Source: an uncultured Acidobacteriota bacterium (lineage in GTDB: Bacteria; Acidobacteriota; Vicinamibacteria; Vicinamibacterales; SCN-69-37). From it: DNA of 64,000 nucleotides. The position numbers and the translations under genes are program-made. The notes under the pieces are model-generated. The model ran no database searches. It was given only the letters and a program-made list of their open reading frames with translations, and was not told where the DNA came from. Positions 10,795 to 21,343 of this stretch are shown one piece after another. The stretch spans positions 886,215 to 950,214 of the forward strand of contig CAWCUZ010000001.1 in NCBI GenBank assembly GCA_963798795.1. Direction: 5' to 3'. Each line of letters begins with the position of its first letter. The stretch's first letter is position 1.

Positions 10795-12632
10795 TCAACT
10801 CGCGAAGTGTCGGAGCACGGCGTCGGCGGCGCGAGGGCCGACCACCGTCGCCAGGTCCTCGCGGCTGGCGCGGCGGACGCCGGCGACCGATCCGAACCGC
10901 GCGAGCAGCGCCTTGCGGCGGCGCGGTCCCACGCCTGCCACGTCGTCGAGCTCGGAGCGCAGATCGCGCATGTGCCGCCTGCGGCGGTGGAAGGTCACCG
11001 CGAACCGATGCGCCTCGTCGCGGATGCGCTGGAGCAGGCGGAGCGCCGTGCTGTCGTGCGGGAGCGCCAGACCCTCGTCGCGCTCGCGCGTGAACAGCAG
11101 TTCCTCCTGCTTCGCCAGGCCGACGGCCACGAGCCGATCGAGGCCGAGATCGGCGAAGCGCCGCGTACGCCGCCGCCGAGCTGCCCCTTGCCGCCGTCGA
11201 TGACGATGAGATCGGGGAAGGGTCCGCCGTGCTCGAGCAGCCGGCGGTATCGTCGCAGCACGACCTCGTACATCGCCGCGAAGTCGTCCTGGATCGGGCG
11301 GCCCGGGTCGGGCGACTCGGCGCCGCGGATCCGGAACTTGCGGTATTCGCTGCGGCGCATGCGTCCTTCCACGCACACGACCATCGCGCCGACCGTCTCC
11401 CGGCCTTGCAGCGTGGAGATGTCGAAGCATTCGATCCGGCGCGGGAGGGCGGCCAGCCCGAGCGCGCCGCGCAGCGTGTCGAGCGCACCGAACGCCGAGA
11501 CGGCGCCGTCGCTGAAGTGCGATTCGTAGGCCATCGCGGCATTGCGGACCGCCAGGTCCAGCAGACCGCGCTTCTCGCCGCGCCGCGGCACCATCACCCG
11601 GACGCGCCGGCCGGCCCGCTCCGAGAGCCAGCTCTCGAGCGTGCCGCGGTCCTCGTCCGATCCGGACACCGGCACGTGCACTTCGGGCGGCGCGTCGTGC
11701 TCCGCGTAGAACTGCTGCAGGGCGGCCATCAGCACGTCGGCCTCCAACGACGGCCGCTCGTCCGCCTTCGGCGACGAGCTCGATCCGGTCCACCACGCGG
11801 CCGTGCCGCATCTGGAAGATCTGGACGACGGCATCCGGCGGGTCCGGTGCTTGACGCCGAAGGCGTCGCGGTCGCCGAGCGCGGGCGTCTCCATCTTCTG
11901 CGAGCCGGTCGCGCAGCGTCTCGACGGTGCGCATCGCGTCGCGCAAATGGGCGGCGCGCTCGAACTGCTCGTCGCCGGCCGCAGCCGATCATCTCGCCGC
12001 GCAGGTTGGCGACCAGCTCGTCCTGCCGCCCTCGAGCAGCAGCCGCGCCTGCTCGACGGCCCGGCCGTACCGGTCGATGGTGCAGATCGACTCGACGCAG
12101 GGCGCCAGGCACCGCTTGATGTCGTACTCGAGGCACGGCCGGTCGCGGCGGCCGTCGATGACCTCGTTGCACGAGCGGATGCCGAACAGCCGGTGCGTCA
12201 GGCGACATCGTCCGCCGCGCGAAGGCCGCGGGCATGAACGGCCCCGCGTACACGTTGCCGTCGCGCTCGACCCGCCGCGCCACCAGCACGCGGGGCGCCC
12301 GCTCGGTCGTCGTCAGCTGCAGGTACGGGATACGTCTTGTCGTCGCGCAGCAGGATGTTGTAGCGCGGGTTGCGCTGCTTGATCAGCCGGTTCTCGAGCG
12401 CGAGCGCCTCGACCACCGAGTCGGTGACGATCACGTCGAGCGCGGCGGCGTCGCGCAGCAGCGCGTCGATGCGCGGACTCACCCCCTCGGCGCCGAGGTA
12501 GCTGCGGACGCGATCGCGCAGGACCTGCGCCTTGCCGACGTAGAGCGTCTCGCCGGCGTCGCTGAGGAACAGGTAGACCCCGGGCTGCTCCGGCACGCGC
12601 GCGATCTGGCCCTTGAGATCGTGAATCGCCAT
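10795..12632 (-). CDS. uvrC: Excinuclease ABC subunit C, frameshifted
   Basis: GIY-YIG 'PGVYLF...YVGKA..LRDRVRSY', 'PRYNILLRDDKTYP', 'RIECFDIS', 'PDLIVIDGGKGQL', 'RIRDEAHRFA', C-terminal HhH 'GVGPRR'. Confidence 0.95.
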
Positions 12633-12661
12633 GGGCTACATGCGGCTACCTGCCTGCGCGC

Positions 12662-13465
12662 GTGGCCGCGGGGCCTGTCGATCCTGTGACTTTCACTGGC
12701 GCCATCGGCGCGGTGTGCAACTATCCGCTGCGGCTCATCATCGCCGCGTGCGTCCGTCTCCGGATCCACCCGAATGTTCTCACGTTCACCGGCGTGGTCA
12801 TCAACGGCGCCGCCGGCTGGGCGCTGGCGCACGGCCAGTTCGGCACGGCCGGCGGCATCATGATCGTCGCCAACATCTTCGACTTCATCGACGGCAAGGT
12901 CGCCATCGACACCGGCGCCGTCAGCAAGTTCGGCGGCTTCTGGGACTCGGTCATCGATCGGTTCTCGGACCTGGCGCTCTCGGTCGGGCTGATCTGGCTG
13001 TACGCGTCGCTCGGCCGGACCGACTACGTGCTCGATTACCTCGATCGCGATGGTCTTCGCGACCATGACGAGCTACACCCGCGCGCGCGCCGAGTCGCTC
13101 ATCCCCAAGTGCAAGGTCGGATTCATGGAGCGGCCCGAGCGGATCGTGCTCTTCATGATCGGCGCCTTCACCAATCGCATGGCCGCCGTCATGTGGGTGA
13201 TCGGCGTGCTGTCGATCGTCACGGTCGCCGACCGCATCTACTACACCTATCTCGAGCTGAACCACCGGCCGCAGCCGCGCCACCGGGCGTCGCCGGCATC
13301 TTCTGGCGCGCGTTCTACTGGACCGACGAGCGCGCCACGGTCGCCTACGACCTGTGGGTCATCGCCATCCTCGCCTTCGTCTGGCTCACGCCGCCCGGCT
13401 GGATCGGCGACCCGATGGCCGCGGCGGCCGGCTGGTTCATCCAGTGGCTGCAGTGGCGTCGATAG
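12662..13465 (+). CDS. CDP-alcohol phosphatidyltransferase (PgsA-like) with C-terminal membrane extension, frameshifted
   Basis: 'IHPNVLT', 'DFIDGKVA...SKFGGFWDSVIDRFSD' signature, and 'SYTRARAES...VGFMERPER' in the shifted frame. Confidence 0.88.
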   Translation: MAAGPVDPVTFTGAIGAVCNYPLRLIIAACVRLRIHPNVLTFTGVVINGAAGWALAHGQFGTAGGIMIVANIFDFIDGKVAIDTGAVSKFGGFWDSVIDRFSDLALSVGLIWLYASLGRTDYVLDYLDRDGLRDHDELHPRARRVAHPQVQGRIHGAARADRALHDRRLHQSHGRRHVGDRRAVDRHGRRPHLLHLSRAEPPAAAAPPGVAGIFWRAFYWTDERATVAYDLWVIAILAFVWLTPPGWIGDPMAAAAGWFIQWLQWRR

Positions 13466-13478
13466 CCGCTACGCGCCG

Positions 13479-14062
13479 CTACGTCCACGGTCCTTCGCCG
13501 TCCGGTCGAAACAGTGCCGGCAGCGCGCCTCGTAGGTGCCCGGACGCCCCGACGAGCACGCGCTCGGTCGACGCCACGAGCCGCTGGGTGCGGTTGGCGG
13601 GGCCGCCGCACACCATGCAGATCGCCAGCGTCTTGGTGATGTACTCGGCAATCGCCAGCAGCTGCGGCATCGGCTCGAACGGACTTGCCCAGGTAGTCCT
13701 GATCCAGCCCGGCCACGATCACGCGCTTGCCCGGCGTGCGCCAGCGCCTCGCACACGGCCGGCAGCTCCATGTCGAAGAACTGGCCCTCGTCGATCCCGA
13801 CGACATCCGTCGTCCGGCTCGCACCGGCCCCAGCAGGTCGCGCGCCGAGGCGACGGTGTCGGACGGGATCTTCATCGTCGCTGTGGGAGACGATCGCGTC
13901 TGCGGCTGTAGCGGTCGTCGATGGCGGGCTTGAAGATCTGCACCCGCTGGCGCGCGATCTGCGCCCGGCGCAGCCGGCGGATCAGCTCCTCGCTCTTGCC
14001 GCTGAACATGCTGCCGGTGATGACCTCGATCCAGCCGGGCCGCCGCGGTGGGTATGGTCCAT
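13479..14062 (-). CDS. tdk: Thymidine kinase, frameshifted
   Basis: '[21 protein letters not shown]', '[10 protein letters not shown]', '[10 protein letters not shown]', zinc-binding 'AICMVCG...YEARCRHCF'. Confidence 0.92.
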
Positions 14063-14067
14063 GGCCG

Positions 14068-14642
14068 TCAGCGCAGGCGCGCGACAGGTACTCGCCCGTC
14101 TCGGTGTTGACGCGCACCACGTCGCCCGTGTTGATGAACGCCGGCACGTTGACCGTCAGACCGGTCTCGAGTTTCGCGGGCTTCACCTGCGCCGACGCGG
14201 TCGCGCCCTTGATGCCCGGCACCGTATCGGTCACCTTCAGATCCACCGTCGGTCGGCAGCTCGATGCCCACCGGCTCCGTCGTCGAAAAACTCCACGCGG
14301 ATGATCGCCTCGGGCAGCAGATACAGCGCGCTGTCGCCGAGCACGTCCTGAGACTGATGTGGATCTGCTCGAATGTCGTCGTGTCCATGAAGTAGAACAT
14401 GTCGCCGTCGCGGTAGAGATACTGCATCTCGTGCTCGTCCAGCGTGGCGCGCTCGACGTCGTCCTCCGACCGGAACTTGTGGTCCACGAGCCGGCTCGAT
14501 CGGATGTCGCGCAGCTTGCACTGGATCGTGCCCGCGTTTGTTGCCCGGCGTGATGTGGGTCAGTGTCCACGACGCGGAACAGGTCCTCGCCCATCTGGAT
14601 CAGCATGCCCTTGCGCAGTCGCGTGGCCTGAATCGAACTCAT
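14068..14642 (-). CDS. efp: Elongation factor P, frameshifted
   Basis: 'ATRLRKGM', loop HITPGNKRG, 'EMQYLY...FYFMD...FEQ', 'PGIKGATAS...[16 protein letters not shown]...[12 protein letters not shown]'. Confidence 0.93.
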
Positions 14643-14735
14643 AGGTCGTCGGTCGTCCCCTCAGGTGAACTCCCTATTTTATGCCAACGGCCCGGCTTCC
14701 TCGCGGCGCCTTTCGGCGTTACCAGTCGAAGACGT

Positions 14736-15136
14736 ATGCCGTGGGATCCGACGCGCGACCTGCTGACGATGCAGGAGCGCCTCGAGAGCCTGTTCGGCCG
14801 GGCCACCCCGGGCTGGGTGCCGGCCGTCGATCTCTCCGAGTTCGCCCGACCGGTACCTGTTGACTGTCGAAGTGCCCGGCCTGGCGCCGCGACGACGTCC
14901 ACATCGGCTTCCGCGACGGCACCCTGTCGCTGCGCGGTCGGCGCCCCGACGGCGAGCCGTGCCCCGAGCCGCTATCAGCAGCTCGAGCGAGGCCAGGGAC
15001 CAGTTCGCCCGATCCTTCCATTTCGCCGAGCCGGTGGACGGCGCCGAGCATCACGGCGGACCTGGCCGACGGCGTCCTGACGGTCGTCGTGCCGAAGACC
15101 GCGGCCGCGCGCGCCCGCCGCATCGACGTCGCGTGA
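14736..15136 (+). CDS. Hsp20/alpha-crystallin small heat shock protein, frameshifted
   Basis: 'WDPTRDLLTMQERLESLF...WVPAVDLSE', 'VEVPGL', 'ER..G.F.RSF', 'LADGVLTVVVPK'. Confidence 0.88.
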
Positions 15137-15152
15137 GGAGCAGAGCCGAGCC

Positions 15153-16335
15153 ATGACTATCGCGCGAAGTGTCGCCGTCGCCATCGTGCTGCACGCTCGG
15201 CTTCGCCGCGGGACTTGTCGTCTCCGGCCGCATGTCGACTGACCACGCCGTCGCAGGCCACGCCGCCCGCGACGGCTCCGGCCGCCAGCCCGTCCGCGTC
15301 GGTGTCGCTGCCCGCGGCCGGGCTGCCGGATCTGTCGAGCGTCGCCGAGCGTGCGGTCGGGCGCGGCCGCGAACATCTCGTCGACGCAGATGGTGCGGAC
15401 AGCCAACTCCCCGTTCGCCGGCGACCCGCTCTTCCAGTACTTCTTCGGCGAGGCGCCGTTCGGCTCCTCGCAGCGGGAGGCGCAGAGCCTCGGCTCCGGG
15501 GTGATCGTCTCGCCGGACGGCTACGTCCTGACGAACAATCACGTGGTTGGCGACCGGCGCGCGCGAAATCCGCGTCACGCTGCCCGACAACCGCGAGCTG
15601 CCCGCGACAATCGTCGGCATCGATCCGATGACCGACCTCGCCGTCGTCAAGGTGGACGCCACGGGGCTCACGCCGCTGCCCTGGGGCGACTCGGGCAAGC
15701 TGCGGCTCGCCGAATGGGTGCTGGCGGTCGGCAACCCGTTCGCGCTCAGCCGCTCGGTCACCCTCGGCATCGTCTCCGCGCTGAAGCGGCCGAGCCCGGA
15801 TCCGACGCTCAGCGTGTACACGGATTTCATCCAGACCGACGCAGCCATCAATCCCGGCAACTCCGGCGGCGCGCTGGTCAACAGCCGCGGCGAGCTCGTC
15901 GGCATCAACAGCGCGATTTACAGCGGGACGGGCGGCTACCAGGGCATCGGATTCGCCATCCCCGCCAACCTGGCGCAGCGGATCATGAAGGAGCTGATCG
16001 CGTACGGCGAGGTGAAGTGGGGCGCCATCGACGGCATGGACGTGCAGGACCTCACACCCGACCTGGCGAGCCAGTTGCAGCTGAAACAGACGCGGGGACC
16101 GCTCGTCTACCGGACCTGGCGCGGCTCGGCGGCCGACCAGGCCGGCGTCCAGCCCGGCGATCTGATCGTCGCGGTCGACGGCCAGTCGGTCGACGACGCG
16201 ACGCACTTCGAGCGGATGGTCGCGGACGCGCCGGTGGGATCCAAGCTCAAGCTCTCGCTCCTGCGCAGCGGCAAGCAGGTGACGGTCAGCGTGCCCGTCG
16301 TGCAGGCGCAACCGCCGCGGCGCCGATCGCGCTGA
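15153..16335 (+). CDS. DegP/HtrA-family serine protease with one PDZ domain; indels in the 5' part
   Basis: 'LGSGVIVSPDGYVLTNNHVV', 'DLAVVKV', 'FIQTDAAINPGNSGG', PDZ 'SAADQAGVQPGDLIVAVDG'. Confidence 0.93.
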
Positions 16336-16960
16336 TCGTCGCGCGCCTCCGGCTGCGCCCGGACACGGCGGGGTGGCCCGCCCAGGTGCACCGCCAGTGA
16401 CGGTCCGTTCCGACGCGAATCCCGATCCGCGGCGTCCAGTCGAGCGCGGGCGCCCGGTTCCCGGCGTCCTCGATCCACAGCGGCCCCCTCGTGAGGTCGG
16501 CGGTGTTGTGCCGCAGGTCGATTCCCAGCGCGACCGTCAGATTGCCCGGCCCCCGGCAGAGATCGTGCTCGCTCCGCGCGTCGAGGCCCCGTCGCCGTCG
16601 CATCAGCCCGACGCCTTCGACCGGGGCGAGCGCCCGGATGAGGATGGCCGCGGGCGCCCCCTCCCCTTCGGTGACGGCGTTGACCAGGTAGTGAATGCCA
16701 TAGTTCAAGTACACATACGCGCGGCCGGGCGGCCCGTAGAGCGGCGCGTTGCGCCGCGTGGGCCCCGGCGCCGCATGGCAGGCGGGATCGGATTCGCCGA
16801 TGTAGGCTTCGGCTTCGACGATGACGCCGGCCGCGCGGCCCCGCCTCGGATCGTCATGGACGAGCCGCTTGCCGACGAGCTCGGCGAGAACCTGCAGCGT
16901 CGGCCTGGCGTAGAACTCGCGCCCGAGAGCGCGGCCGCGGGAACGGGCCTCCGCTCGCAT
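16286..16960 (-). CDS. DNA-3-methyladenine glycosylase (MPG/AAG family)
   Basis: 'IVEAEAYIGESDPACHA', 'YVYLNYGIH', 'AILIRALAP', 'GPGNL', 'TPRIGI'. Start set at ATG 16960. Confidence 0.9.
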   Translation of the reverse strand: MRAEARSRGRALGREFYARPTLQVLAELVGKRLVHDDPRRGRAAGVIVEAEAYIGESDPACHAAPGPTRRNAPLYGPPGRAYVYLNYGIHYLVNAVTEGEGAPAAILIRALAPVEGVGLMRRRRGLDARSEHDLCRGPGNLTVALGIDLRHNTADLTRGPLWIEDAGNRAPALDWTPRIGIRVGTDRHWRCTWAGHPAVSGRSRRRATISAIGAAAVAPARRAR

Positions 16961-16967
16961 GACTGAC

Positions 16968-18257
16968 TCAACGGGAATCGCGGAAATCGACGCCGCGTGG
17001 CCGGCGGACGGCCGGCCGCTCCCTGCCGGCCGCCGCGCGCCGGAGCCGCAGCAGGGCGTCCGCCGCGGCGCGCGCCACGTCCTCGTCCGGGTCCTGCCGG
17101 TAGTCGTTCGCCACGGCAGCGTCCTCGGCCGATCCGATGAATCCCAGCACGTGCAGCAGGTCCGCCCGATGCCGCGCATCGACCGGTGCACGGAGCGCGG
17201 CCTGGAGCGCCGGCAGCACCGACCGGCCGATCTCGAGGAGATAGTCGCGCGCCTGGGCGCCCGTCTCGCGGGACGCGAGCGCCGCGACGAGCGCCGGCGC
17301 CTGCGACTCGCCCAGGCGGTCGAGCGCGAAGCAGGCCGCGAGCCGAACGGCCGACTTGGGATCGCCCGTCGCGAACGGACGCACCGTCCCCGCACTCGCC
17401 GGGCCGCCGAGGCGGCCCAGCCCTTCCAGCGCCGCGCGCCGCATCTCCGGGTCCTTGTCGGCCAGATGCGCGCGGAACAGCTCCGCCGACGCGGGCTGTG
17501 CCAGGCGGGCCAGCGCGAGCAGCGCCGTTGACGCCATCTCGCCTTTCTCCTCGCGCCGCAGGACCTGGGCGATCAGCGCGGCGGCGCGCGAGACGCGAAT
17601 CAGCCCGAGCGCCTCGATGGCAAAGCGCTGGACGACGGGACTCGAGTCGCTGAGCCCGGCGATGAGCTTGTCGGCGGCCGGTTGAAGCCGCAGCCGGCCG
17701 ATCACGCGGGCGGTCGCGGCGCGGATCGTCGCGTCGTAGTGGTCGAGGTCGTCGATCAGGCCGGCGGCCTGCTGGTCCGACAGCGGCGGCTCCGCGATGA
17801 TCCCGAGTGCATGGACGGCATCGAACTGGACCCGCGGGTTCTCGTCCCGAATCGCCGCGATGAGGGCGTCCACCAGCTCCGGCGGCGCCGGCATGGCGGA
17901 CCGCACGAGCGGTCCCGCCTCGAACGCCTCCTGGGCCCGGGGGCGCGACGGTCCGAGAAAGCCGAGCGTCCGCCGGGCGCCGATCGGCTCGACCAGAAAG
18001 AACGTCAGCTCCGCGTCGATCGCCGCGGACTGGACCTCGTCATCGGGATCGCCGACGAGCGGTGCCACGCGGTCGGCGGCCGAGGCGTAGGCCGCATCGC
18101 CGAGTTGCCGGACGGCCTCGAGCCGGACCTTCGCGTCGGGATGACGCAGGTTGCGGATGACATCCTGCCAGGTGGCGGTCTGGGCCGAGGCCGCGGCCGT
18201 GAGGAGCACCGCGGCGCCGAGCGTGAGCGCGGCCCGCGGCCTTCTGCCGTGAGTCAT
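16968..18257 (-). CDS. HEAT-repeat protein with predicted Sec signal peptide
   Basis: Repeated 'D....VR..A...LG' units. N-terminus 'RRPRAALTLGAAVLLTAAASAQ'. Confidence 0.85.
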   Translation of the reverse strand: MTHGRRPRAALTLGAAVLLTAAASAQTATWQDVIRNLRHPDAKVRLEAVRQLGDAAYASAADRVAPLVGDPDDEVQSAAIDAELTFFLVEPIGARRTLGFLGPSRPRAQEAFEAGPLVRSAMPAPPELVDALIAAIRDENPRVQFDAVHALGIIAEPPLSDQQAAGLIDDLDHYDATIRAATARVIGRLRLQPAADKLIAGLSDSSPVVQRFAIEALGLIRVSRAAALIAQVLRREEKGEMASTALLALARLAQPASAELFRAHLADKDPEMRRAALEGLGRLGGPASAGTVRPFATGDPKSAVRLAACFALDRLGESQAPALVAALASRETGAQARDYLLEIGRSVLPALQAALRAPVDARHRADLLHVLGFIGSAEDAAVANDYRQDPDEDVARAAADALLRLRRAAAGRERPAVRRPRGVDFRDSR

Positions 18258-21214
18258 ACCGAATCAGCGTACGCATGCTGCCGGCCGGCGGCAAGGACCC
18301 GATGCAGGTAGGGCGCGGTCTGCGAGCCGGGCGCGCGGGCGATGTCCTCCGGCGGCCCGACCGCCACGACGTGGCCTCCGGCCTCGCCGCCGTCCGGCCC
18401 CAGGTCGATAATCCAGTCGGCCGTCTTGAGCACGTCGAGGTTGTGCTCGATCACCAGCAGGCTGTGGCCCGCGTTCAGCAGCTTGCGGAACGCGGCCAGC
18501 AGCTTGACGATGTCGTCGAAGTGCAGGCCGGTGGTGGGCTCGTCGAGGACGTACAGCATGCGCTCGCCGGTCTGCGCCCCGAGGTGCGCCGCGATCTTGA
18601 TCCGCTGCGCCTCGCCGCCCGACAATGTCGTCGCCGGCTGGCCGAGGTGCAGGTAGCCGAGGCCGATCTCGTCGAGCACCTGGAGGCGCCGGATGACCTT
18701 GTTCGACCCGCCAAAGAATGCGAGCGCCTCGCGGACCGTGAGCTCCAGCACCTGGTCGATGCTCCTGCCCTTGTAATGGACCTCGAGCACCTGCGGCCGG
18801 AACCGCTTGCCGTCGCACTGATCGCACGGCACGAACACGTCGGCTAGGAACTGCATCTCGACGCGCACGACGCCTTCGCCCTCGCAGGCCTCACAGCGGC
18901 CGCCGGGCACGTTGAACGAGAAGTGACTGGCCGTCAGGCCGCGCGACCGCGCGTCCTTGGTGGACGCGAACAGCTCACGGATCGGATCGAACGCCTTCAG
19001 GTAGGTGACCGGATTCGACCGCGGCGTGCGCCCGATCGGCTGCTGGTCGACGAGCACGGCGGCGCTGATGAATTCGGCGCCCTCCAGGCGCGCGTGCGAG
19101 CCCACACGCCGGTCCCAGTCGCCCTTGGCGCGCTTGATGGCCGCGTAGATCACGCCGTGGACGAGCGTGGACTTGCCGGAGCCGCTGACGCCCGACACGC
19201 ACGTCAGCAGCCCGAGCGGCACCTCGACCGTGATGTTCTTGAGGTTGTGCTCGGTCGCGCCCATCACGACCAGTCGCTGAATGCCGGGCCGCCGCCGCGT
19301 CGGCGGCACCGGAATCGCCAGCTCGTCGCGCAGGTACTTGGCCGTGAGCGAGTGCGTGTCCTCGAGCAGGCCCGCATAGGATCCCGAGTACATCACCCGC
19401 CCCCCACGCTCGCCCGCGCCGAGCCCGAGGTCCACGACCTGGTCGGCGACCCGAATCATGTCGGCGTCGTGCTCGACCACGATCACCGTGTTGCCCTGGT
19501 CGCGCAGCTGGCGCAGGATCGCGATCAGCCGCTCGTTGTCGCGCGGATGTAATCCGATCGACGGCTCGTCGAGCACGTACAGCGTGTCGACCAGCGCGGC
19601 GCCGAGCGCCGTGGCCAGGTTGATGCGCTGCGCCTCGCCGCCCGAGAGCGTCGACGACAACCGGTCGAGCGTCAGGTAGTCGAGCCCCACGTCGGCCAGG
19701 AACCCCAGCCGGCGGCGGATCTCGCGGAGGACCTTGTCGGCGACCTCCGTCTCCTTCTGCGTCAGCTCCAGCCGCTCGAAGAACCCGGCCGCGTCCTGGA
19801 CCGTGAGCGCGCACACGGCGTCGATCGTGCGATCGCCGACGCGGACGTCGCGCGCTTCGCGCCGCAGCCGGGTGCCGCCGCACTCGTGGCACGTGAGATA
19901 CCCGCGGTACCGGCTGAGGAACACGCGCACGTGCACCTTGTATTTCTTGCGCTCGAGCCGCCGGAAGAAGCCCTGAATGCCCTCGTACTCGTCGTCGCCC
20001 TCGATGACGAACTGGCGCTCGTCGTCGGTGAGGTCGCGCCAGGGCACGTCGAGGCGCAGGCCCGTCCGGCGGGCCGCCCGCTTCAGCTGCGCCAGACAGC
20101 TTCGGTAGTGCGGCTTGGTCCACGGCTCGACGGCGCCACCGTTGATCGTCTTGCCCGCGTCGGGCACGACCAGGTCGAGATCGAGCTCGATGATGTTGCC
20201 GAAGCCGTGGCAGGTCGGACAGGCGCCGAACGGGTTGTTGAACGAGAACAGCCGCGGCTGCGGCACCTCGTACACCAGCCCGCAGGTCCGGCACTCGAAC
20301 CGCTCGCTGAACCGGTGCGTCTGCTGTGGCAGCCCGGTCTCGTCCACTTCCACGGCGAAGGCCGCGCCGTCGCCGTCGCGGAACGACGTCTCCACGGCAT
20401 CGGCGACCCGGGGCCGCGCCTCGGCCGTGATCCGCAGCCGGTCGACCACGACCGGCAGCGTCGGCTGACCGCGCAGCTCCGGCAGGTGCGCGGCCGCCTC
20501 GTCGAGCGTCACCGTGCGGCCGCCGACGAGCAGCCGCGCGAACCCGCGCCGGCGCAGGAGGTCGATCGTCGCGACCAGCGGGTCCTCCGCCAGCGGCGTC
20601 TCGCGGCCCGCGGCGGGTCCCTCCTGATCGGCGCCCTCGTCGAACGGCAGCGAGTCGCCCGCGTCGTCGCCGGTGTCGTCCTCCGGCTCGCGCTCGGATT
20701 CGAGCCCGGGGCCCAGCGACACGTTCACCGGATAGTCGAAGCCGACGAGCAGCCGCGTGCCGGTGGGGAGCCCCATGAGCTGCGACGCGACCAGCTCGGG
20801 GGACTCGCGCTCCACGAGGCGCCCGCACTGGCGGCAGACCGTGTGACCGACGCGCGCCCAGAGCAGCCGCAGGTAGTCGTGGATCTCGGTTGTCGTGCCG
20901 ACCGTCGAGCGCGGATTGCGAATCGTGTTCTTCTGCCGGATGGCGATCGCCGGCGCGATGCCCTCGATCGCGTCCACGTCCGGCTTCTCCATCCGCTCGA
21001 GGAACTGGCGGGCGTAGGCCGAAAGCGACTCGACGTACCGCCGCTGTCCCTCCGCATAAATCGTGTCGAACGCCAGCGACGACTTGCCGGACCCCGAGAC
21101 GCCCGTGAGCACCACGAGCTGCCGGTGCGGCAGCGTGACGTCGACGCCCTTCAGGTTGTGCGTACGCGCGCCGCGGACGACGAGGGCCGGATCGGGACGG
21201 TCTGGAAGGTTCAT
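18254..21214 (-). CDS. uvrA: Excinuclease ABC subunit A
   Basis: Two Walker A motifs (GVSGSGKS), 'AEGQRRYVESLS', zinc fingers, two 'LSGGEAQRI', 'GRTPRSNP'. Confidence 0.97.
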   Translation of the reverse strand: MNLPDRPDPALVVRGARTHNLKGVDVTLPHRQLVVLTGVSGSGKSSLAFDTIYAEGQRRYVESLSAYARQFLERMEKPDVDAIEGIAPAIAIRQKNTIRNPRSTVGTTTEIHDYLRLLWARVGHTVCRQCGRLVERESPELVASQLMGLPTGTRLLVGFDYPVNVSLGPGLESEREPEDDTGDDAGDSLPFDEGADQEGPAAGRETPLAEDPLVATIDLLRRRGFARLLVGGRTVTLDEAAAHLPELRGQPTLPVVVDRLRITAEARPRVADAVETSFRDGDGAAFAVEVDETGLPQQTHRFSERFECRTCGLVYEVPQPRLFSFNNPFGACPTCHGFGNIIELDLDLVVPDAGKTINGGAVEPWTKPHYRSCLAQLKRAARRTGLRLDVPWRDLTDDERQFVIEGDDEYEGIQGFFRRLERKKYKVHVRVFLSRYRGYLTCHECGGTRLRREARDVRVGDRTIDAVCALTVQDAAGFFERLELTQKETEVADKVLREIRRRLGFLADVGLDYLTLDRLSSTLSGGEAQRINLATALGAALVDTLYVLDEPSIGLHPRDNERLIAILRQLRDQGNTVIVVEHDADMIRVADQVVDLGLGAGERGGRVMYSGSYAGLLEDTHSLTAKYLRDELAIPVPPTRRRPGIQRLVVMGATEHNLKNITVEVPLGLLTCVSGVSGSGKSTLVHGVIYAAIKRAKGDWDRRVGSHARLEGAEFISAAVLVDQQPIGRTPRSNPVTYLKAFDPIRELFASTKDARSRGLTASHFSFNVPGGRCEACEGEGVVRVEMQFLADVFVPCDQCDGKRFRPQVLEVHYKGRSIDQVLELTVREALAFFGGSNKVIRRLQVLDEIGLGYLHLGQPATTLSGGEAQRIKIAAHLGAQTGERMLYVLDEPTTGLHFDDIVKLLAAFRKLLNAGHSLLVIEHNLDVLKTADWIIDLGPDGGEAGGHVVAVGPPEDIARAPGSQTAPYLHRVLAAGRQHAYADSV

Positions 21215-21314
21215 CCGTCGGGTTCAGCGGGTCTGGGAAGCCCTGGCGCGCATGGCGCGGTCTTCCGGGAAGACCCGAAACCGCCATGTTACTACACGCC
21301 TTCGCAACGCAGGG

Positions 21315-21343
21315 TTGGCGTTCCCGCCGGATCGTGCTAGGCT
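21315..21343 (+). promoter_or_regulatory. Sigma70-type promoter for the RRM gene
   Basis: TTGGCG-N17-TAGGCT with an extended -10 TG. Confidence 0.6.

Noticed and set aside
6842..15560. Pseudogene island or programmed frameshifting
   Set aside because: It affects housekeeping genes with intact motifs, shows no consistent slippery sequence, and often has compensating indels. Sequencing error is the simpler explanation.
21209..21225. GTTC direct repeat at the uvrA start as a LexA box
   Set aside because: The spacing is 9 nt rather than the GTTC-N7-GTTC reported for this type of box.
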